This document shows, piece after piece, positions 56,801-64,000 of a DNA stretch of 64,000 bases (position 1 is the first letter of the stretch; each line of letters starts with the position of its first letter). The DNA comes from Lama glama (lineage: Eukaryota). The notes under the pieces are model-generated. The model saw only the letters and a list, made by a program, of their open reading frames with translations. It was not told the DNA's origin and made no database searches. A program made the position numbers and the translations under genes. The DNA lies in NCBI GenBank assembly GCA_028534125.1, contig CM052822.1, positions 73,966,001-74,030,000 of the forward strand. The letters run 5' to 3'.

Positions 56801-59800
56801 TTCTCACGATGCCTGCCGTTCCTCGGGCTCTGTCGTTGGGTGACTGCAGGGCAGGACTGACCCTACTCTCTTGTCTGGCATCTTCAGCAAGCAGCTTCTC
56901 TAAGTGATATTGTCAGATCACTGAAGCTGGTATGTTTTGGATGCTACAACATTGCTTAACAGTTTTGACCAAATGCTTTCTGAAACTCTAGAGATTCTGG
57001 GGAGTGTGACCTAACCCGTAGGGGTGTGTAAACTCTACTGCATGGGCACAGATAAAGGATTCTTGAGCTCTGTGTCGGATGTTTCTGCTGCTCTTTGTTT
57101 GTTTCCTCCTTCATGCTGGGGAATCATTCCCAGTGGCTGTCAGCAGGTCTGTTTCTAAGCAGCTGAGGACTAAGAAACCTGCTGTTAGCATTGTTTCCAA
57201 ACTAGGAGTAAATAGGCTCTGAGTGAGGCTTGAGGGCTTCAGGTAAGGTGCCAGCGTGCACGTGCTTGATCGCCAGGCTTTGCGATCTCAGTTTTGGCTG
57301 CTCAGGGGCCTTTGGTTCTGTTTGTCCTTTAGTTCTGTATTCCTGCAAACTGACCTTGACAGAAAAGTGACCTGGAGACTTTTGAAAGGACATTCATTTC
57401 TATATGAAATGGTAGCTCAGAGCAGTGACATTGTGGAGAGGTCTAGAAACTGTCCTCGAGCAGCTGCTGGACTTGGGGACATTGAGGAGCCCAGGGTCGA
57501 GGGAAATATCTGCAGAGAGCTCAAGGGCAGCCACATGGACAAGGCTGCAGGCCGGCCGCATTGTGCTCCAGAGGGCAGAGCTAGGACCCTAGAGTGGACG
57601 TCCATGGAGGCAGCATGCATGCAACTTGCTCACAGGAGGAACTTTCTGAGAGTCTAGTCCAAGTGGGTGGCCTGGGGCACTTCCCGCTGCATGCTTCCTG
57701 GAAGGGGCATCTGGGCAGGGTCTGGCCTGGGTGGCCTCTCTGACCGCTGGGATTCCATGGCCTCTGCTGAACCCAACATTCTGGGGGGGTGGGAGGTCAG
57801 CAGGAATGAGTCAGAGAGGCAGTGGGACCTGGGCCTCAAGGCAGAGCTGGGCCCTGCTCACCGATTTCTGGGCCGGTGCTCCCCCGCCTGGACCGCGCTT
57901 ACTTGGCTGCCCCTGGTCCCTGGCTCTGCCTCCACTCTGTCTTCAACCTTGTTTCTTGCCCGGGGATGAGGGCCCCTCATTGTCCTTTTCCTAGGGGCTG
58001 TGCTCTTGGACCTGGATCAGCAGACCCTGCCTGGCGTGGCTCACCAGGTGGTGGAGCAGATGGTCATCTCTGACCAGATCAAGGCCGAGGACAGAGCCAA
58101 CGTGCTGAGGGCTCTGCTACTGAAACACAGGTGAGGCCCTACCCGCTGCACCCTGCCTACCTGTCCCTAGCCCTGGCTGTCAGGCCTCCTCACCTCCCTG
58201 CCTCCTGCCCCACCAGCCACCCAAGTGATGAGAAGGACTTCTCCTTCCCCCGCAACATCTCTGCCGGCTCCCTGGGCTCCCTGCTGGGACACCATCACGG
58301 CCAGGGAGCTGAGAGTGACCCCCATGTCACGGAGCCTCTCATCGGATGTGTTCCCGAGACCCGGCTGGAGGTGGATCGAGAGGTGAGGGGAGAAAGTGGC
58401 CCCGCCTGGGTAGGTCCAGCCACCACAGCGGCTGCAGGGCCACAAGCAAGCCGGGCAGGAACTTGCAGGGGAGGGCGGGCAGGCTGAGCTCTGTTCTCCT
58501 GTGTCCCCAGCGCGAGCTGCCTCCTCCAGCTCCTCCGGCAGGTATCACTCGCTCCAAGTCCAAGCATGAGCTGAAGCTTCTGGAGAAGATCCCTGAGAAT
58601 GCTGAGGCTACGGTGGTCCTCGTGGGTATGTGTGACGAGTGTCGGGGGCAGGGGTCCCGGCGGCCAGGCCTGCCTCCATGCTGCTCTACTGGGCTAGGGC
58701 CTGGGAGGTGACCTGTGCTCTGCCCTTGCCCATGACGGCTCCACACCCCTAGGCTGCGTGGAGTTCCTCTCCCGCCCCACCATGGCCTTTGTGCGGCTGC
58801 GGGAGGCAGTGGAGCTGGATGCAGTGCTGGAGGTGCCAGTGCCCGTGCGCTTCCTCTTCCTGCTGCTGGGCCCAAGCAGTGCCAACATGGACTACCACGA
58901 GATCGGCCGCTCCATCTCCACCCTCATGTCCGACAAGGTCAGCCACCCCTGGGCTAGGCCCTGTGCCCCAGAGCTGGGATGCCCCCCACCTATCTTGCCC
59001 AGCCTTGCTCCAGGACCCTCAGCCCTCATCTTGCGTCCTCACCAGTCCTGGTCCCTCTTTGGCAGCAATTCCACGAGGCAGCTTACCTGGCAGACGAGCG
59101 GGAGGACCTGCTGACGGCCATCAACGCCTTCCTGGACTGCAGTGTGGTGCTGCCGCCCTCGGAAGTGCAGGGCGAGGAACTGCTGCGATCCGTTGCTCAC
59201 TTCCAGCGCCAGATGCTCAAGAAGCGAGAGGAGCAGGGCCGGCTGTTGCCCACGGGGCCTGGGCTAGAGCCCAAGTCAGCCCAAGATAAGGGTACGGGCC
59301 AGTGCAGGCTGGGGCCCAGGGCTGGGCTGTCTGGGTTGGGGCTGGAGGGGGTTGGGCCGAGAGTGGTCTGTTGTGTGCAGAGAAGAGCTCGGTGGCGGGA
59401 AGAGGGCTGCAGCAGGTGCCCTGATGGAGGCCTGGGTTGCAGCGCTCCTGCAGATGGTAGAGGCGGCAGATGCAGTGGAAGATGATCCCCTTCGGCGGAC
59501 AGGCCGGCCTTTTGGGGGCCTAATTCGAGATGTGCGGCGCCGCTACCCCCACTACCTGAGTGACTTCCGAGATGCACTCGACCCCCAGTGCCTGGCCGCC
59601 GTCATCTTCATCTACTTTGCAGCCCTTTCTCCTGCCATCACCTTCGGGGGACTGCTGGGTAAGGAGCGGCTTCGGGTGGGGGTGGGGAGCACACAGGGCC
59701 CCAGCCGCCAGCCCCTAAACTGGTTCCTGCCACCCTAGGAGAGAAGACGCATGACCTGATTGGGGTGTCGGAGCTGATCATGTCCACGGCACTCCAGGGC

Positions 59801-62800
59801 GTGGTCTTCTGCCTGCTGGGGGCCCAGCCGCTGCTGGTAGTTGGCTTCTCGGGGCCCCTGCTGGTCTTCGAGGAGGCCTTCTTCTCGGTGAGGGTCCACG
59901 GGCCACTTGGGATGGCTCTTCTGGCCCAGCTCACCTGCCCTTCCTCTTCCCTCAACACTCTACCCACTCCCACCATGTTAGCCCCCAGGCTCTGAACCTG
60001 ACTGTGCCCTTCCCCACTCCCTCTCCCCCAGTTCTGCAGCAGCAACAACCTGGAGTACCTGGTGGGCCGGGTGTGGATTGGCTTCTGGCTGGTGCTCCTG
60101 GCCTTGCTCATGGTGGCCCTGGAGGGGAGCTTCCTGGTGCGCTTTGTCTCCCGTTTCACCCAGGAGATCTTTGCCTTCCTCATCTCCCTCATCTTCATCT
60201 ACGAGACCTTCTACAAGCTGGTTAAGGTGGGCAGGCCCTGATGGTAACTGGGCTGGGAGGCGCGAGCCTTTGGGACCTAGAGGGAGCCAGGGGTGTCCTG
60301 CCCCTTTCTGTTCTCTCCTCCAAGCGTGAGGCCAGGCTGCCCTCAGAGCCCCGTTGGGCTGCAGCCCAGAACCCACAGCCAGGGCGTGGGCTGGTCCTGC
60401 CTCCTGCCCACCACGCCCACCCTCCCCGTCACCAATGTACACACCAGGGCTTCAGATCAGTCTTAAAAACTCATATATTTTTAATAACAAAGAAAACTTA
60501 TGCTTTTGTCAAACTGGCAAATGACCCAGAATGTCCAACGGGAAGGTCCCCAAGATGACAAACACGGTCACAGTCTGGGCATCAGACTCATGTCTGTGTG
60601 TCAGGATCAGAAGTGTGGCCTCATGGCCTGCCACACTCCACATGCTGCTCTTCCAAGCTGGGCTGGAGCCATGTTCCTAGCTGCCTTCCCGAATTAGACC
60701 AGCATCTCTCTTAATGCCCAGTTGTCCTATGCTCACATCTGGTCACCTTGGTCAATCAATAAGACAAACTCCTTGAGGGCAGTCCGGCCCCAACACCCAA
60801 CCTGTCCCGCTCAGTGTACAGCTGAGTCCCAGAAATGTTGCCAGTTTAGCTGATGGAATCTTTTGTCCTCTCCCCAGATCTTCCAGGAACACCCTCTCCA
60901 CGGCTGTTCAGTCTCTAATAGCTCCGAGGCAGACAGTGGCGAGAACATCACTTGGGCCAGGGCAGAAGCCACACTGGGGCCGGGGAATGGGAGCTCAGCC
61001 AGGCCGTCTGGGCAGGGGAGGCCTCGGGGCCAGCCCAACACGGCCCTGCTGTCGCTGGTGCTCATGGCTGGCACCTTCTTCATCGCCTTCTTCCTGCGCA
61101 AGTTCAAGAACAGCCGGTTCTTCCCTGGCCGGGTGTGTGGGCTGGAGGGAGGCAGGGGCTAGGGGTGGGAAGAGAGGTGATTCAGAGTCAGGGCTGGAGC
61201 GAGATGAAGGGCCTCTGAGTGTGGTGCTTGCCCACAGGTACGGCGAGTGATTGGGGACTTCGGGGTGCCCATCGCAATCCTCATCATGGTGCTTGTGGAT
61301 TACAGTATTGAGGACACCTACACCCAGGTATGGTGGAGCACATGCAGCAGTGAGGTGTTGCCTGGGGCAGGACTCGACATTCCCCTCTAGGCCCCCGACT
61401 CCCGAGCTGCCTCTAAACTGTGCAGACACCAGGCCTTTCCCACAGCATGCCCTCCCAGTGCAGCTCAGGGCACCCCCTCCAAGGTTCACCGGCCTCTGGC
61501 CCCACCCTCTGCTCTGCAGAAGCTGAGCGTGCCCAGCGGAGTCTCCGTGACAGCCCCAGAGAAGCGAGGCTGGGTCATCAACCCCCTGGGGGAGAACAGC
61601 TCCTTCCCCGTGTGGATGATGGTTGCCAGCCTGCTGCCTGCCATCCTGGTCTTCATCCTCATCTTCATGGAGACGCAGATCACCACGTGAGTTGTCCTAG
61701 CAGAGGGTGTGCTGTGCAGACAGGCAGGACCTTGTGTGTGGAGCGGTTGGAGCCCCCACTAGGCTGGCTGCTGGAATTTACTTTGTAGGCAGCAGAAAAT
61801 CCCACTGATGTTTGCTCAGATAGGCACAGGTCAGGCTGGTAGCTGTCCTAGAGTGTGGGGAGGGCCACTCAGATAAGACTCAGCTCCATGATGGAACTCC
61901 CATCCTGATGGAATGGGCAGGGACCGCCAGGTTCCAAAAAGAGACGAAGGTGACTGGCTGGTGACTGGTGTCTGAAAAGACGAGTAAGTTGTTGGGCTCA
62001 GTGAGTGCCTGTCCTCGCTCAGGCTGATCATCTCTAAGNNNNNNNNNNNNNNNNNNNNNNNNNNNNNNNNNNNNNNNNNNNNNNNNNNNNNNNNNNNNNN
62101 NNNNNNNNNNNNNNNNNNNNNNNNNNNNNNNNNNNNNNNNNNNNNNNNNNNNNNNNNNNNNNNNNNNNNNAATGCGCTCACTGTCATGAGTAAGGCTGTG
62201 GCACCGGGGGATAAGCCCAAGATCCAGGAGGTCAAGGAGCAGCGGGTGACGGGGCTACTGGTTGCCGTGCTCGTGGGTATGCTCACCTCTTGTCCCTACC
62301 CTTCCAAGAGGGGTCTCCAGGCCACTGGGGGTGGGGAGCCCCTGGCCAACTGTTCCTCTTCCTCCTCCCCCAGGCCTCTCCTTGGTCATCGGGGATCTGC
62401 TCAGGCAGATCCCCCTGGCTGTGCTCTTTGGTATTTTCCTGTACATGGGAGTTACCTCCCTCAATGGGATCCAGTTCTATGAGCGGCTGCACCTGTTGCT
62501 CATGCCACCCAAACACCACCCAGACGTCACCTATGTCAAGAAGGTGAGAGCTGGCTCGGAAGGGCCCCGGGCCTCTGCCCTCTCCTGGTCTGTGCTGGTC
62601 ACCCTCCAGCCCCCCAGCTACTCGCTTTGGCCAGCAACTGTTCAGTCTGTGCAGACCTGGCCCTGGGAAGCACCAAGAAGGCACTTCTGTCCCCTCCCCT
62701 GTGGAGGGGAGAGGGCTTATCCATCCTTTGGCAGGCCCAGGTGGCCCTCTGGGGACCAGGGTCCTTGGAGGCTGGGGAGAAGCCTGGGCTCACCTATCTC

Positions 62801-63178
62801 GCCCTGCCCCCACTCCCAGGTTCGGACCCTCCGAATGCACCTGTTCACGGCCCTGCAGCTGCTCTGCCTGGCCCTGCTCTGGGCTGTCATGTCCACAGCT
62901 GCCTCCCTGGCCTTCCCCTTCATCCTCATCCTCACGGTGCCACTCCGCATGGTAGTGCTCACCCGGATCTTCACCGAGCGAGAGATGAAATGCGTAAGGC
63001 CTCCCACCGTTCCTCCCCAGCCCCGCAGGCCCCCTCCACGGTCCTTGCCAAGAGTTCACGGTCAGTGTCAACCATCCTCTGTCCTCCCCCCACACAGCTG
63101 GATGCTAATGAGGCGGAGCCGGTGTTTGATGAGCGGGAGGGTGTGGACGAGTACAATGAGATGCCCATGCCCGTGTAG
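50810..63178 (+). CDS. SLC4A2: Anion exchanger 2 (AE2a isoform), 22 coding exons, about 1237 aa; exon 62023-62276 partly N
   Basis: Exons 50810-50860, 52611-52776, 52940-53181, 53262-53380, 54890-55122, 55220-55362, 56461-56641, 57995-58130, 58217-58382, 58511-58625, 58753-58937, 59066-59291, 59443-59658, 59739-59887, 60032-60226, 60878-61132, 61238-61327, 61520-61686, 62023-62276, 62374-62543, 62820-62993, 63098-63178. Starts MSSAPRRP; contains [32 protein letters not shown]; ends [10 protein letters not shown]. Confidence 0.97.
51496..51519 (+). CDS. SLC4A2: SLC4A2 alternative first exon 1b2 (AE2b2 N-terminus MDFLLRPQ)
   Basis: gccATGg Kozak context, 8 codons, then phase-0 donor CAG|GTGCGA compatible with exon 52611. 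Matches the known AE2b2 N-terminus; E-box CACGTG motifs lie upstream. Confidence 0.85.
52018..52026 (+). CDS. SLC4A2: SLC4A2 alternative first exon 1b1 (AE2b1 N-terminus MTQ)
   Basis: ATG ACT CAG|GTGGGG phase-0 donor in intron 2; matches the known AE2b1 N-terminus. Confidence 0.8.
53440..53650 (+). mobile_element. MIR SINE
   Basis: TTGGGCAAGTAAC...CTCTGAGCCCCGGTTTCCTCATCTATAAA core. Confidence 0.7.
55790..55965 (-). mobile_element. MIR SINE fragment
   Basis: GTGACTGGCCAAGGCCACCCAG...CTCCAGGGCCC pattern. Confidence 0.5.
55980..56300 (-). mobile_element. Old LINE-1 3' fragment
   Basis: CAGTAAAATTCAC...CCTCAGAAAGTTCC...TAGTTTTGC...CATATAAATGGATC pattern. Confidence 0.6.
62039..62170. other. 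Assembly gap / masked run of 132 N inside a SLC4A2 coding exon
   Basis: Read directly from the sequence. Confidence 0.99.
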
Positions 63179-63306
63179 CTGCTACCTGGACGGACAGCTG
63201 AGGAGCGGACGGACAGAGGGAACGGGCTGGGGGTGCTCTCCTCATCCTCCTCCCTCCTCATTTTTATTTAAGTGAATAATTTAAAGTCCCCCTCCCCACC
63301 CCTCGC

Positions 63307-63312
63307 AGTAAA
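63307..63312 (+). terminator. SLC4A2: Probable SLC4A2 polyadenylation signal AGTAAA
   Basis: Variant hexamer with a U-rich upstream element and GT-rich downstream tract. Confidence 0.6.
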
Positions 63313-63451
63313 GTGCTTCGGCCCCCACCTGTCCTTGGCCTTCTGTCTGTACGTGAGCGTGTGTGTTGTCCAGGCATGAATGGAAAAGAGGTGGGGAAAC
63401 GCAGCCCACTCTATCCCAGAAAGGAGAAGTGCAGTGGGGAAGGAAAGGGGC

Positions 63452-63457
63452 TTTAAT
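63452..63457 (-). terminator. FASTK: Probable FASTK polyadenylation signal ATTAAA
   Basis: TTTAAT on + strand, about 80 nt beyond the FASTK stop. Confidence 0.65.
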
Positions 63458-63538
63458 GACAAATCAAAACAGAAGGAGCCAAAGTGCAAATTGTCCACCC
63501 CCCATAGGGGGGCCATCCTGAACCCTGTGTCTACCCCC

Positions 63539-64000
63539 TCAACCCCCTTCAGGCCCCCAGCGGAGGCCCAAGGCCTGGAGCTTCTGCCTCAGGTAGCTCT
63601 TGAGCTGGGGCAGACCTCTCTGTGACTCCAGTTCCTCGAAGGGTAGCTGCAGGGGGAGAGAACAACAGGTTATCCTTAGGGCCTGCGGGGGGGTGGGGGA
63701 CAGTGAGGATGCACACGAAGTGTCCCGAGGGGAGGGGAGGGGATGGGCGAGGCCCTCACCGGCAGGAGCTGGTAGCCCATCAGACCCAGGTGCCGCTCCC
63801 GCAGGGCCCGGGAGCCCAGCAGCACTCTGCCGTCCCTGCAGTAATGCCAGCGTTCCCGCAGCATCAGCACCACTCTAGAGAGGAAGCGACTGCGGCTCAG
63901 AGTCGTTGTGCACCCAGGCAGCTGAGGCTCTCCCATCCTCTCCCCTTACCTTTGGGCAGGGTCACGGGTTGTGTGGGGACAGGACCTGGGAGGATATGGT
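63539..64000 (-). CDS. FASTK: Fas-activated serine/threonine kinase FASTK, last three coding exons (RAP domain); continues beyond the window
   Basis: Minus-strand exons (>64000)-63950, 63874-63760, 63646-63539 encode PYPPRSCPHTTRDPAQR-VVLMLRERWHYCRDGRVLLGSRALRERHLGLMGYQLLP-LPFEELESQRGLPQLKSYLRQKLQALGLRWGPEGG*. Position matches known synteny. Confidence 0.93.

Overview
Gene-dense, GC-rich mammalian genomic DNA carrying the conserved NOS3-ATG9B-ABCB8-ASIC3-CDK5-SLC4A2-FASTK syntenic block. It holds the 3' half of NOS3 (+), complete ATG9B (-), ABCB8 (+), ASIC3 (+), CDK5 (-) and SLC4A2/AE2 (+, one exon interrupted by a 132-N gap), and the 3' end of FASTK (-). I spliced all exons by hand and every reading frame closes. 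A tRNA-derived SINE resembling vic-1 suggests a camelid. I found no evidence of a wholly new gene system. The best leads are: (1) ASIC3 has Ala instead of Glu at the ASIC3-specific pore Ca2+ site (residue 435), plus Arg-to-Cys changes near TM1; (2) three minor-spliceosome (U12) introns lie within about 28 kb (ATG9B AT-AC, ASIC3 GT-AG, CDK5 AT-AC); (3) in all three convergent gene pairs, one gene's 3' UTR contains a canonical AATAAA for the opposite strand; (4) clustered ZNF143-type motifs at the CDK5 and ABCB8 promoters; (5) an in-frame uORF in SLC4A2 and a codon-exact assembly gap. Comparisons to human and rodent proteins are from memory and need alignment.
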